Assembly (NCBI RefSeq): GCF_001447785.1
Contig: NW_015160220.1
Location: 429,333-493,332 of the forward strand
DNA length: 64,000 nt
From: Gekko japonicus
Taxonomy: Eukaryota
Direction of reading: 5' to 3'
Part shown: in pieces, positions 37,155-50,010 of the stretch
How the letters are laid out: every line of letters starts with the position of its first letter
Position numbering within the stretch: position 1 is the stretch's first letter
Notes under the pieces: generated by a model
What the model saw: only the letters and a program-made list of their open reading frames with translations
What the model was told of the DNA's origin: nothing
Database searches by the model: none
Made by a program: the position numbers and the translations under genes

Positions 37155-37989
37155 TGCCCTGGGGGCGTGTTCCATTGCCAGGTTTTCACAGAAAGGAAGA
37201 CACACAGGAACTGAGAGCATTTAAGATAAACAAGAGCATTTAAGATAAACAAGAAATCATAAAGTGAGACGGGCATGAATGATGACAGAGGCAGAAATGT
37301 GTCACACATCGACACCAATGATGCTTGTGAGAGTCAGAAAAACAACTGGGAAATGCAGATGGCAAACTGGTTGCGGCTGTATTTGAGGAGGGGGAGTTCA
37401 GAGTGGTGCAGCTGAGATTTCTCTGCTCATCTTCCAAGAAGTCAGCTGCATGACTAATGAGCTGATGTAACTGACAAAATGGGTGCACTGTTTGTATGGC
37501 AGCTTTAAGTTGGCAGAGAAATTGGAGAGGCTGAGCAAACTGAAAGCCACAGCATTTGTTTAATGATTGTTGCTATCAGTAAAGTTTAACATACACTTCT
37601 TGAATAATAAACTGGGGGGGGGGTTAATTACTTGGAACTTAAGAAATCTTTCCTAAGTCTACAGTGGAGCATTGTACAATCAAAACTGTCCTTAGTTGAT
37701 CTTTGGAGGGAGAATCCTGGAGGAACTCAGTGTGAAAGAGTGCTCTCTGGAGTCACTGGAGGCAAAGGATTTTAGGCTCTGTTCTGGTTTATAGCTCAGA
37801 ATCTTTGCACTGCGGAGAAGCAATACAAACCCCTTTGTCTACACCATGTAGGCAACATTGTTTGAAGGGGGCCTTTATACAAATACATGATAGTGTTGAA
37901 GGAAGGGTAAACAGGCTCTCTGCACATTCAGGTGTTAGTGTGGAAGTGCAGCTTATATTATAAATCATGTTATAGGATGAACTGATAAT

Positions 37990-38105
37990 TTGTTAGTTGC
38001 TGTAGATTTTCCAGGTTGTGTGGCCATGGTCTTGGCATTGTAGAACCTGACGTTTCACCAATAACTGTGACTGGCATCCTCAGAGGCATAACACAGAAAG
38101 ATGGA
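37990..38105 (-). mobile_element. Penelope-like pLTR fragment
   Basis: Hosts the hammerhead at 38086-38046, followed by a PLE-type 3' segment. Boundaries are approximate. Confidence 0.7.
38046..38086 (-). ncRNA. Minimal type I hammerhead ribozyme, intact core, GUC cleavage triplet
   Basis: CCT-CTGAGGA-T-GCCAGT-CACAGTT-ATTGGT-GAAA-CG-T-C-AGG. Confidence 0.87.
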
Positions 38106-40154
38106 AAGCCTTCGACAACAAAGTAATAATTTCTCCACCACACAAAGGTGCCAGGTAATGTATGAAACAAGGCTTTGCATCAGGCATCATCTTAGGAAAC
38201 CTGGGATTGGGTCCAGCGCAAAATTTCTGCTTGAACTAGAGCTTTTGTACAAGTGGAAACACAAGAGAACTCATGCTGGAGCCAGTGCCACTGGCACTAA
38301 GCCAGACTTATTGTACGCTCACTGGCATTTTGGCTTGTGCAAGATGTGCAACCAATTTCTGGGCACTATAATAGAAAGGGATAATTGCATTAGGTGTTGC
38401 ATAAGCTCAAGCACAAGTGGAACTGCACAGAATCCATTTATGTTTCTGTTTGTGCATCTCTAGATCCAGGTTCTTGTTCGGTACACTTTCTTATCCCCAA
38501 TGACTTTAAGATTTGGACTGAACTCAAAAGCCAGAATGCCCAGTGACTTTGGGATTTGGACTGAACTCAAAAGCCAGAATGGCTGGCCATGAAAGTCCTA
38601 TAGATTTTACTCATCTGACAAAGGCATTTCCCCAGTCTGTAAAGAGCCCGCACTTACTATTTTTCACCATTCTAAGGAATGGGAGGGAAAGGGGCTTTGC
38701 ATGCTGAAGATCCCAGAATCAATCCCTGTCATCTCCAGCTAAAAGGATTAACAGTAGTAGGTGATGTGAAAGACTTCTGCCTGAAAACTTGGAGAACTAC
38801 TGCCAGTATGACTAGACAACATTGATTTTGCTAGGCCAATGAGGCCCTTTCATGTGTTCAAAGCTATGCTGAAATACAGCATGAAAGTTCTGGGTTACTT
38901 GCCTTTGCTCAGTGAAGTTCAGAATGAAGTTAAACTTGTATGCAATTGTAACTGACAACTTCTATTATATTCCTTCTGCATAGGAATTTCCATCTCCTAT
39001 TCCCTTAATAAAATAAGAACAAACTCCTCATTGTATGGCAATTTAAAATGAGATATTTTGTTTTGTAAAATATAAACAACTGCAACTTACAAAGTAGCAA
39101 ATCAACATGTTCATACCTGCAGGTGGGCTGTCTTAAAAAAAAAAAAAACTCCCTTGAAATTTCTGTGCTCAGACAGTAGGGGGTGCTCTAAGTTCAATGG
39201 TGTTATTTCTCTGCAGCCAAGCATACTTCCCTTCCTTAATATTGGTCCCAGAGAAGTACATCCAAGCAAATGCCCTAACTTGGTTCCTCAGTCAAAGGGA
39301 TGCAGCTGCTCTTAAAGTAGTCTGCAGATTAATTTCCTTGTGATTCTAGAATTGTTTTGAGGGCAACAGTGACACAGTTGTCTTCTTTACAAGAGAGTAT
39401 GGCATTTTCTTACACAAAGATATCATATTGATATTTATATAGTGCCATTTATGTACATGACACATTCATAGAGAATCACCCAAACAACAAATCTGCAGCC
39501 AAGAAGTTTACAATCTACGAAAAAAACACTTTGAGGAAAAGTAAAAAGCAGGGAGAGAGAAAGGTTAGCAAAAGGAAAATGTGAACAAATGCAGTTACAT
39601 AGGCTTACAGTGAAATCCTTAAGCAGAAATATACTTTTCCATGCCCATTGACTTTAATGGATTTAGAAGAGCATAACTCTCCTTAGGATGGTACTGTTGA
39701 ACTTGGTTACACATTTGGAATGAGGACTAAGTGGTTAGTTTTAAGTCCTCCCAGGGGGAAAGGGGAAGGGGTTAGGATAAATCTGAAAAAAGTGAAGGTG
39801 AGTAGTGGTATCTTGTCCGTGTGTTGGGAAGAAGTTCCATATTGCAGAGCAGTGGGTCTGCAAGGTGTGTACACCAACACGGATGGAGAATGCTCTATCT
39901 CTTGCCACGTGTACATTCACTCAGAAGTTGAAACCAGCTGTGTGTACACCCAGTGAAAACGTTGTGTGTGCATATTCTTCACACATACTAGTGTACACAT
40001 GTTGCACATAGGAAAATAGATGTGAAGCAGCTCTTTGTGTTTTGATTTCTCATGTTTATCAAAGGTTGTGATTCAGGGATATACTGGAAACATTGAAGTA
40101 AGTAGACAAGAACACTGATTACCTTTGCAGTTTACACCCTTCTAAGTCAAATTA

Positions 40155-40373
40155 ACCCTGACCTGAATGGCCCAGGCTAGCCTGATCTGGTCAGTTTTCA
40201 GAAGCTAAGAAGGATCATCCCTGGTTAGTACTTGGATGGGAGGCCACCAAGGAAGTCCAAGGTTGCTACGCAGAGGCAGGCAATGACAAACCACCTCTGA
40301 ACATCTGTTGCCTTGAAAACCCCGTGAGCAATCACCATAAGCTGGCTGCAACTTGATGGTACTTTCCACCACC
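40155..40373 (+). mobile_element. 5S rRNA-derived SINE with RTE-like tail
   Basis: 5S internal-promoter region GAAGCTAAG...CCTGGTTAGTACTTGGATGGGAG, an RTE-type 3' end and an approximate TSD AAGTCAA(A)TT. Confidence 0.82.
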
Positions 40374-40949
40374 AAGTCAATTGAAGTCAATGGACTTAGA
40401 AGGGTACACCACCGCTTCAGATTGCGCCATGGTTCACTTTGAACTGCCAATTTGTGGCTGAGTTCTCACAGGCCTACAATTTTAAATATGTTTGTCAATA
40501 AATCTGGAAGGTGTGAAAATAGCAGTAAATAAGGAGAAAGACATCACCTATCTAGGTAACTAACTAATGGGAATGCACTGCACTTTACAAAGCATATCTG
40601 AGCATACCAAAGAAAGCCTCACCATCTATATGTCTGGGAAGAATGAAACTGCACCAAAACTTTGCTCCAACTTGTTGGGTAAATAAGGCACATAGACTAG
40701 AGTTGTTAATCAAAATAAAGGGGAAAATGAGAAAGTTCTAAAAAAATAACAAGGTCCTAAACTACATATTTATACAGTAAAGTAGGCTAATACATGCTAC
40801 AAGTCTCTAAGAGGAAAAAGATAAAAGCCCGGGCAAGGCTGCTGAGCAAGTCACCTCTCTTCTAGAACCTTAACAGGAAGAAGCTCAAGTTCATTAGCCA
40901 ACCCAAAACACTGGTAAATTAAAACCATCCAATCAGTTTCTCAAACACA

Positions 40950-41213
40950 CAGGGCCCAGGCGGGNNNNNNNNNNNNNNNNNNNNNNGGGGGGGGGGATAT
41001 GCACAATGAAGTGGGGAGGAGGGAGGAAAGGCGCTACCCGCCTTCATTGGCCCCTTTCCCACCCCACACAACACAGGGCTGGGAGCGGCAATGGCGCCTG
41101 GGCTTTTGGCGGGGGGAGGTGCAGTTTGGCGCCCCATTCAGGGCCGGCTGCCCCATCCAGGACCCGGCGCTCTAGGCGAATGCCTAGTTCGCCTAGAGGG
41201 TGAGCCAGCACTG
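40950..41213. mobile_element. GC-rich hAT-like element spanning a gap
   Basis: CAGGGC... / ...GCCAGCACTG ends. No TSD seen. Confidence 0.45.
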
Positions 41214-41500
41214 CCTGTTCTGACAAAAAGTCATGGAGGATCATGGTCTTATTCTTTATGGACCTGGAATTGCACCAGTGTCGGAGAGGGGTCAATAATC
41301 CTGACCTCACTACCTACCACTTGCCGGATGGGACTGGAAGAGGACCAAGCCCTTCTATGTCTCCGTTCCCTTCCCTTCCAATTCTGCCTGGTCACACCGC
41401 AATACTTTCCCTGCCCCAGGAGGACTGGTATCCCTTGGCTGGCCATCATCCACTAGTGGCCTTTGCACATTAGCCTCAGCCACCACTGAACTACTGTCCC
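41214..41500 (-). mobile_element. L2-like LINE fragment, start of the AP endonuclease domain
   Basis: WCNSRSIKNKTMILHDFLSEQ resembles the N-x-R-S...NK endonuclease N-terminal motif. Confidence 0.6.
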
Positions 41501-41515
41501 GTTGTTACTTGGTCA

Positions 41516-41724
41516 CAGGGGTCATTTCGTAGAAAAAGAGCTAGGGGGACTCATTAGCATAACTCATTAGCATATGCCACACCCCCTGACATCACTGGAA
41601 GTGTGTCCTCCCCACAGCCGGCGGCGACCTGCAGCGGGCACCAGCAGGGAGCTCCAGGCCTCGCCCTCCCGCACCTCACCCAGGGGGATGGCGTCCCCCC
41701 GCGTCCCCCCCCAAATGACCCCTG
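41516..41724. mobile_element. hAT MITE related to 24619-24998
   Basis: TIR CAGGGGTCATTT / AAATGACCCCTG, perfect TSD CTTGGTCA and two CTCATTAGCAT motifs. Confidence 0.92.
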
Positions 41725-43119
41725 CTTGGTCACCTGTCTCCCGGGCTTCCCACACCCACCCGCCAGGTAATGACCAACCACTCAAATGTAGATCAAACCA
41801 AATTCAGCAAATTACCAGTTACAATAAATAAACCTTAAAATCCAATACAGAAAACAACCCTACCCACCCTGACCTTCCTTCTTGCTACTCCCTCCCCTGC
41901 AAGATTAAACTACTCTATTCTAATGACTAACATTAAAGGGTGGGAAGAAGGAGGGAGTTGAAGACAGGGGAACAGATAAATGTAGGCAGGTGGGCGAGAA
42001 GAAGAGAAGGAAGCAGGAAAAGGGGACAGGCTCTAGGGGCTTCCAGGGACAGGAAGCAGGACACAATGGGAGAGAGATACAGAAGAGAATGAGATGCTCC
42101 CACATGTCCTTGCAGGTCCTCTGCCTGCCAATGTCTCTCTCTCCGTGTAGATAACTGAGAGTTTGGGTCACCTTTTCTAGACTTAAAATCGAGTACTTTA
42201 CCCTTTACATTTAGACATCATCTGACAGGGAGGCAGTTGGTGGGACAAAGAGTGCTTTTGAGACTCACTGGGGTCAAGTCACTTAAAGCCCCATTCCAAT
42301 TTATACATTCCAAATAATCTTTGCACAAGCAGCACAAACCTCCACCACACAGATAGCATTACCTTGGAGTTGGTATGTGAATGCCTGACTGGGGGAAGTC
42401 AGTCAAACAGGTATATAACTGGAGATATGTATAGTTTATTACTTGGTTTCTTTGTCACCATCCATTAATTAGGCTGTGTTTTCCCCTCCTTTGTGCTCTC
42501 GGCAGTGGCCTAATGGTTTTCCCTACTCTACATTTACCTTTGAAACTCCACTACCTACCACCTGCGGGATGGGACGCCAAACAGGTTTTCCCTACTCTAC
42601 ATTTACCTTTGAATTTAACAGAAACAAAGTTTGTAAACACTTTCTGTTTTTATGTTCGTTAGATCCTTGGTACTTTTAAGTGTTTTCTGGTTTCTTTAAA
42701 GTGTTTTCTGGCACAATCATTAATTTATTTTTTGAAAGCAGCTGAGAGGCAGAAAGATTAATTTCCCAATAATTCTACTCTGTATATTTTACATTCTGGA
42801 GTCAGGAAGAATGTAGGTTTGTATGTAGCAGGTCACAAAACATCTATAACATTAAAAGGAATCAGAGGAGACAAGACATTCCAGCTTGAAAAGCTTCCTT
42901 CTTGTCTTTTGTGGGAATGAAAATGTTGTAAACATGAACACAGCCAGGAAACCATGATTTATTTACATCTACTCAACATGAATTTGTAATAGGATTATAT
43001 AAAGTGATTTATCTCAAGCTGTCAGATCCATACTGTCTGTTGGATGTAGCTTCTCCCTCTATGTGGCTTTTTAAATGACAGCTCAACAACTATGGAATAC
43101 TTTAAAAATCCAAAAGCCA

Positions 43120-43333
43120 TTCTGATGCGGCAGTTAAGAGTACTGTAGCTGGATCTGGGAGACCCAGGTTGGAATCCCAACTCTACCATGGAATCTTGCC
43201 GGGTCACCTTGGGCTAGTCATTCTATCTCAACCTAACCATACGTCACAAGCTTGTTGTGAGGATCAAAACAGAGGAACGGAGAATGATCCTTTGGGTCCC
43301 TATTAGGGAGAGGCATGGTATAAATAAATAAAG
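43120..43333 (+). mobile_element. MIR/Squam3-like tRNA SINE, older
   Basis: B box GGTTGGAATCC, core GACCTTGGG-like motif and (TAAA)n tail. A similar minus-strand copy is at ~47265-47455. Confidence 0.7.
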
Positions 43334-45284
43334 TAAAAAAAAAAACTATTTTAAGGAACAACATTTTCTTAATTTTAATTAATAATTAATGCAAATAACT
43401 TTTAAAGCAAAGTATACAGAAAATGACCAAGCACTCTCTGCATGCCTTCTATTTGCCATAATTTTAAGTTGGTTACACAGATGACTTTTACTCAAATGAA
43501 CACTTCCTAGCTGTAGTTTAAATATGTGCTTACAAATTATGTTAGTGTGACATTTCAGGTGCATCAGATATAATTATGGAAGTGGGGCGCCCAAGCTGGT
43601 TATGTTATGTTTTCTTGCAACAGAATACTTGTGAAATGGGCCACTTTACAGAATATGCCAGGCAGCTGCAATTATAGTAGTTGCAAATGTCATGGTATTA
43701 ATTTGAAAGGGTTCCTGTTAAGCATTTTAGACTATTTTCATGTCTTCTGCCATGAACATTTCCTCGCACAATGATACCGAGCATGGAATTGTTTTCCTAA
43801 TGGTTCTTTCCCCTGCTACCCCCTTTTCTACCCATTAAGGAGCAAAAGTATACATTAGACAAAATGTAACAAAGCTCTGACAGGTTTTTTTTAAATGAAA
43901 AGCAGCCTTAGGTAGCTGTGATTTCTAGTGGAAGAATGGGGGAGGTTCCCTCCCTGTTAGCTGTTTTTCTGCACAAATGTTTACAACGGTAATGGCAAAT
44001 CTGGAGCTTTGCAGGGAGGAAGGAATCTGAGGGAATGATTTGGAGTGAAAAAAAGAAAAGTGGAGAAAGAACTGAGCAAACCTTCATCTTTTGCCATGCC
44101 CCGTTGAAAATGGCAGCCACCGAAGGTAGCTTTTCATTAAAAAAGTTGGACCTTCACAACATACATTTTCATGTATGCTTCCTCCATGTTCCCCTAGCCT
44201 AGCAGCGCATAGTGCTGCCACTTGCCAGGCTGAAACTCTGGTATCTGTGCTGTCCATTTAAAACTACCAGTCACATGGGAGGCACAGCTGCCTAAAGCTT
44301 AAGGCTTTTCTGCCTGTTGCTTCCTCAGTCTTTCCCTGTGTCCATCCTTCACATGCTGAAATAAATGGGCCTCCAGATGGGTCACACAATAAGCAAAGGA
44401 GAGGTGAGGGGAAGCCAACAATATGTGGTAGAAGCCATGGCTGTTGTGTCTTCCTCTTATTTGGTAGTTTGTAAGAGAAGGAGCAAACCTCTGGGTTGGA
44501 ACTTCACAGTCATAGCAACAATGATTTTGAGAGTTTGCAGTCTTATTATTATGAATGGTCTATATCCTATGGTTGGGACTAATGAGATGGGGGCACAGGC
44601 TATGACAAAAGAAAGGGAATGTTTCTTACCAGATGTGGGTGTTTCCTTAAGAAAAACAAATGGCTCGGAAAAAGTTCTCTGATGGGTCTACTGAAGCACT
44701 TGTCAGTGCTTGAAGGAGGTACCCCCTCCAAGCTTTAAGGAGAGGCAAATGCATGCCTGTGTTTGAGCAAACAGCAGGTTTATGGAATGAGTGAATGAAG
44801 TGGCCATATGATAAGGCAGGACCTCTCTTTCTCTCTGGGGATCTGATCTGAGGTAGTGATCAGCTACCCTGTCAAAGAGTGCCTCTTTGGATCAGTTTCC
44901 ACGTTAAAAAAGTACATGTGGTGGATTTTGATGTGGTGTCACCATATTAGACATGTTTGTGGAGTTCCAGCTTGGAAACTTAGTTTATACGTACAAGGGG
45001 GCTCATTCAGTTTCAGACCATGGCACCCAGGGAGAATAGGCTTCAACCCCTCCACCCTGTTTTGCCAGGTTGTCCACCATGGGAACCTCCCACCCCACTG
45101 ATCTTGTGCAGCGGAGCAGTGGGAGCAAAAGGGTGAGGTGTTACATTATGCTCTAGGAATTTCCCAAATCTTTATGGTTTTTACTGCCCCATACCTTTCC
45201 AGCTGGCAACCCTACCACCACCAATTTCCTAACCTAAAATGGGTCCAGGAAGCTGCTGCTTGCATCTTTTAAGGAAACTTAGAT

Positions 45285-47255
45285 GTAGGGGCGGACATGA
45301 ACCAGCTCACAAACTAAAATTTGTGATGAATTTTGGCTGGTTCGCGGTTCATGAACTGAAGTTTGTGGCAGCTCTACCAGCACAAACTTTCAAGGAGTTT
45401 GTGAAGGTTCGTGCTGGTTCATGAATGGATACAACTCCAGACAGACTGTCTCCACTCAAACAAAATGTTTACCTAACTTCAAAGCAGGGGTGTGTGTGGA
45501 ATTATCCAGCCTGTAAAATACTGTTGTCAGTTTCAAACTAGTCATGTCAGTTTCAAGAGACTTTGCCCATTCCTTTGTGTGCACTTCCCATTGTCTTGCA
45601 CAAAGCTTGCAAAATCCCACCCACCCCTTGCTTGGATTTATTGCACAAAGCTTGCGAAGTCCCACCTCCCTTACTTGGATTTGTGACTCTGTGCTTTTGA
45701 GATCAATCCTTTTAAGCTTGCAATGACAGTGGCACTGGGTTCTGCTGGGCACTCTGTGAATGCACTGGTACTGCTGGGCACTTTGTACATTGTACTGGTT
45801 CTGCTTGGCTTGCAAAAATGCCCCCTTACTTGGATGGTGATTGAGCTGGCATTGCCACATTGGCACTGGGTGCTGCTGGGCACTAGTACATAGCACTGGT
45901 TCTGCTGGATTGCAACCCCACCCCCTTGCTTGGAGTGTTTTTCTGTGCTATGGAGGAGCATGGAAGGGAAGCTTAAGGCCATTATTCCCATGCATCACAG
46001 TCCCAATCCAAATCAGCCCCCCATGTATCTTGGAACTGAGTTCTTCGCACAGAACTCTAGGTGTAGGTAGTCCATGTGGACTTCCCATTGTGTGAATTGT
46101 ACTCTAGTAATCTATAAATTAATTCCCAAAGTCCCCTTTGCATTGCAGATACTTATTTCTGCCAACAGAGGGCTCCCTCTCCTCCAACAGGTTTTTCTAC
46201 AGACTCAGGGAAATCTGTGGGTCTGCAGAAAAATCCAAAAAGGTTTTTTTTAAAAAAAACCTCAGTGAGGGTTGACCCCCCCCAATACTTTTTTTTTGAA
46301 ATGGCCACTGCAGGAATCTACTGCAAGCATCAACAGTGAGAGCTTAGAAAGTTGGGGAGGGAGATTTCTAACTGGTTCTGTCAGTAAAAGGCAGGGGGAG
46401 GGGGAAGGGCCCTTTCCAGGCCTATTTTGGCCTTTCAGGAAGGGATCCTTAGGGCCAGACAAGGGTTGCCAGTGCCAGGCTGGGGAATTTCTAGAGATTT
46501 TGTAGTGGACTCTAAGGAGGGCTGGCTTGGGGAAGAGAGTGGCCCTAGCTGGATATAGTGCCACAGAGTCCAGCCTCCAAAGCAGCCATTTTGTCCAGGG
46601 AGACAGACCTCTGCTGTCTAGAGTTCAGTTGTAATTCTGGGGGGGTCTCCAGGTCCCACTTCCTCCCCCACCCTGCACAGCAGCAGCATTGGTGGCCGTG
46701 CCCCCAGCCACCCACCTGCTTCCTCTCCCCCCACAGCAGCAGTGGCAGATCTCCAGGAATCACAATGGATCTCCCAGCTACAGAGATCAATTTACCTTAG
46801 GGCTGCCAGTTCCAGGTTGAGAAATTCCTGGTGATTTGGGGGTGGAGCCTTGGGATAGTGAGGCTTGGGGAGGGAGGGAAGCAGCCTCAGCAGGGTATAA
46901 TGCCAAAAACTCAACCCTCCATAGTAGCCATTTTATCCAGGGTAACTGATCTCTGTCACCTGGACAACAGTTGTAATTCTGGATGATTGAATTCTAACCC
47001 TCACCTGGAGGTTGGCAATGGTAGTTCTTGTGGAGGAAATGACTGGTTTGGAGGGTGAAGTCTATGACATTATACTAGTCTGAAGTTCCTCCCCTTAACA
47101 AATCCCACCCTCCCCAGGCTCCACTCCTCACATGTCCAGGAATTTCCCGACTTGGAGTTGGCAACCTTATTTCCTTCCCACCCAACAGCCAACCTACCTT
47201 TATCTGCTTCTCTGTCTTTTCTGTCTCAGCCCCCCTTCCCCACAGCCTCTACCTA
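45285..47255. mobile_element. Cluster of composite DNA-transposon/MITE fragments
   Basis: GAAC/GTTC subterminal repeats at 45285-45425, GCACTGG minisatellite at 45730-45910 and several TAGGG(T/C)TGCCA units. Confidence 0.55.
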
Positions 47256-47505
47256 GAATAATTAGTCTTTCTCCACAGTGGGGACCAAAGCAACTTACAT
47301 TATCCTCTCCTCATTTTTATCTGCACAACAATCCTGTAATGTTGGTTAGGCTGGAAGTATGTAACTTATCCAAAATCTTCCACCACAAGATGGGGATCTG
47401 AACCTGGGGCTCCCAGAACCTAATTTGAAGCTCTAACTGCTGCACCACACTGGCTTTCATAGGGTGGTTGCTGTTGAAGAGTAGCAAGCAGTCAGGCCTA
47501 GTTGA

Positions 47506-48592
47506 TGTTGCCATGCAAGCCTATCAATGTGTTTTTATTAACAGTATGGACTGTGCAAAGAGACTGTATAATATGGAGACCTGGGAATACCTGTTGAGAC
47601 TGCACACCTGAAAGAGGGACACCTTCGTTTAGTGTTGCTGCCACAGTGATAGCCCAGAGTCACCAGACATTTCACCTGCTGTGAGATGAAGCAGTTCCAT
47701 AAACCTGTACACCTCAGATGCCATGCCATGGAAAGGCACAAGGACAGAGAACTTCAAACTCCATTAGGAGTTTCTTCAAGCACATGTAGGCAACTCCCCC
47801 CTCCTCCAAAGCTGCATAGCTCTGAGACTCCAATAATAGTTGCTTAGCAACTAATTGCTTAACCATCAGCCAGCCGCTAGAGTCATCAATAGACAATAGC
47901 CCTAGCCTGATGATTCAATCACTCTTCATCCAGGTGCCAGTCCTCAGTCTAAGTTTCTAGCTGTCAATATTGACCACTCCTTAGTCCCTTTCCCCTCTTT
48001 CAGCCAGCCAATAGTATGTTTTATGGGACCGACTAACAGAAGGTGTCACAGGGGGATGTGGCCAGCCTAGCCTGCCCCCCCACACCACATTATAAAAGAT
48101 GCTGACCGACCACATACTCTCTCTTTTACCCTCTGCACGACCCCTATCGAAGCTTTAACCCTCTTACGTCCAGCTTGCTATCCACATACCCTATCACCAT
48201 CTTTAAACTCTAGATCTGCAGCTAGAGTCCACGTGGTTCTGCCGGTTCAGAGCACGTGTTCCCCATTTTCTATTTCTAAACTCCTCCATTCTTCCATTGG
48301 AACGACTCAATCAATGAGGACAGGTAAATATTACCCAACCAACGAATGTCCTGCTAATGCAACTGTGTTAAGGATCGATCTCTATTTCTGAAAAATAAGT
48401 ATAAATGTGTGTGTGTTTGTGTATTGTTTGAATGATACATATCCTACAGTAAAAAGACATTATATTTTACTGAAAAAAGTCTCTGTGTCTGTTCTGGTAT
48501 TTACAGCAAAGGTGGGACTTCTGTATAAATTGGTGTGAACCCTAATTTGCCTATTGCCTATTAATAATAATAAATTCCCCTAGACATGGCAA
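47506..48592 (+). mobile_element. Probable solo LTR (~1.09 kb)
   Basis: Inverted termini TGTTGCCATG...CATGGCAA, CCAAT at 48008, TATAAAA at 48091 and AATAAA at 48569. No clean TSD. Confidence 0.65.
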
Positions 48593-48651
48593 TTTGGCTA
48601 ACACTGAGTCATGCAAATCAGGTAGTATCAGACCACCCAGAGGGTGGTGCC

Positions 48652-48899
48652 TAGGGCTGCCATCTCCCAGGTGGGACCTGGGGATGCCCTGGAGTTACTG
48701 CTCATCTCTAGACTACAAAGATAACTTCCCAGGGAGAAAATGGATGCTTTGGAGGGTGGACTGTGTGGCATTGTACTTCACTGAAGTCCCTGTCCTCCCC
48801 AGGGTTAACTCCCAAATCTCCAGGAGTTGCCCAACCTGGATCTGGCAACCTTCCCCCCCCCATCCCCTGCTGATGGCTAGAGGGAATCTGGCAACCCTA
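48652..48899. mobile_element. hAT MITE (TAGGGCTGCCA...TGGCAACCCTA)
   Basis: TIRs present and the body is shared with other copies in the window. Confidence 0.8.
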
Positions 48900-49284
48900 G
48901 ACTGCTGCCAGGCTTAGGGTTGCCAACCTCCAAGTGGGACCTGGAGACCCCCCCTCCCCAGAATTACAACTGAACTCTAGACTGCAGAGAGCTGTCTCCC
49001 TGGAGAAAATGGCTGCCTTGGACGCTGGGCTCTATGGCATTATATCCAGCTGAGGTCTCTCTCTTCCCCAAACCAGTTTGACAGAACCAGTTAGACACCT
49101 CCCCACCCCCAACATTCTAATCTCTCACTGTTGATGCCTGGAGTAGATCCCTGGAGTGGCCATTTCAAAAGGGGGGGGGATTCAACCCTCCTTGGGGTTT
49201 TTTTTAAACTTTTTCAATTTTTCTGCAGACCCACAGGATCCCCTGATTCTGTAGAAAAACCTGTTGGGAGTGCCAGCCGGATGG

Positions 49285-50010
49285 AAACAGTCACTGTCCT
49301 CAACCAAACACCTGTCCTCTGCCTTACAGGCCCTGTGGAACTGCATTAAGTCCCACAGGGCACAGACGTTACTTGGCAGAGAGTTCCACCAGGTTGGAGC
49401 CAGGGCAGAAAAAACCCTGGCTCTGGTTGAGGGCAGCCAGATGTCTCTTGGGCCAGGGACCACCAGTAGGTTCTTATCTGCTGAGCACAATGCTCAATGG
49501 GGGGGGGGTATACCAGGAGAGACAGTCCCAAAGATACGTGTGTCCCAGACCATTAAGGGCCTTAAAGGTTAACACCAAAACGTTGAACCTGATCCAGTAC
49601 TCCACCTGGAGGCAGTGCAGCTCATGCAGGACAGGTTGAACAGGTGCTATTCACGGGGTCCCCATAATGACCCATGCCACCACATTCTGGACTAGCTGGA
49701 GTTTCTGGATCAGTCCCAAGGGTAGCCCTATGTAGAGCAAGTTACAGTAGTCCAATCTGGAGGTGACCGTTGCATGGATTACTGTAGCTAGGTCACGACG
49801 GGACAGGAAGGGAACCAATTGCCTGACCTGGCACAGCTGGAAAAACACCATTCTAGTAACATTTGTGATCTGGGCCTCCATTGATAGGGAGGCAATCCAG
49901 GATCACAACCAGGCTCCTGACAGTTGGTGCCAGTATCAAGGGCACACTGTCAAGAGCTGAGACTTGGCACCCAAAACCCGAATCCCCCCCACCCAACCAC
50001 AGGACCTCCA
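49285..50010 (-). mobile_element. L2 LINE ORF2 3' fragment
   Basis: DLATVIHATVTSRLDYCNLLYIGLP...KLQLVQN and TRARVFSALAPTWWNSLP. Confidence 0.9.

Noticed and set aside
38496-38581. 43-bp tandem duplication (similar small ones near 23335, 32874, 37213 and 51470)
   Set aside because: Ordinary slippage-type duplications with no further structure.
40175-40255. 5S rRNA gene
   Set aside because: Partial, diverged and fused to a LINE-type tail, so it is a SINE head.
42515-42613. CRISPR-like repeat-spacer-repeat (30/39/30)
   Set aside because: Vertebrate DNA, only two repeats and no cas genes. Better explained as a duplication flanking a templated insert.
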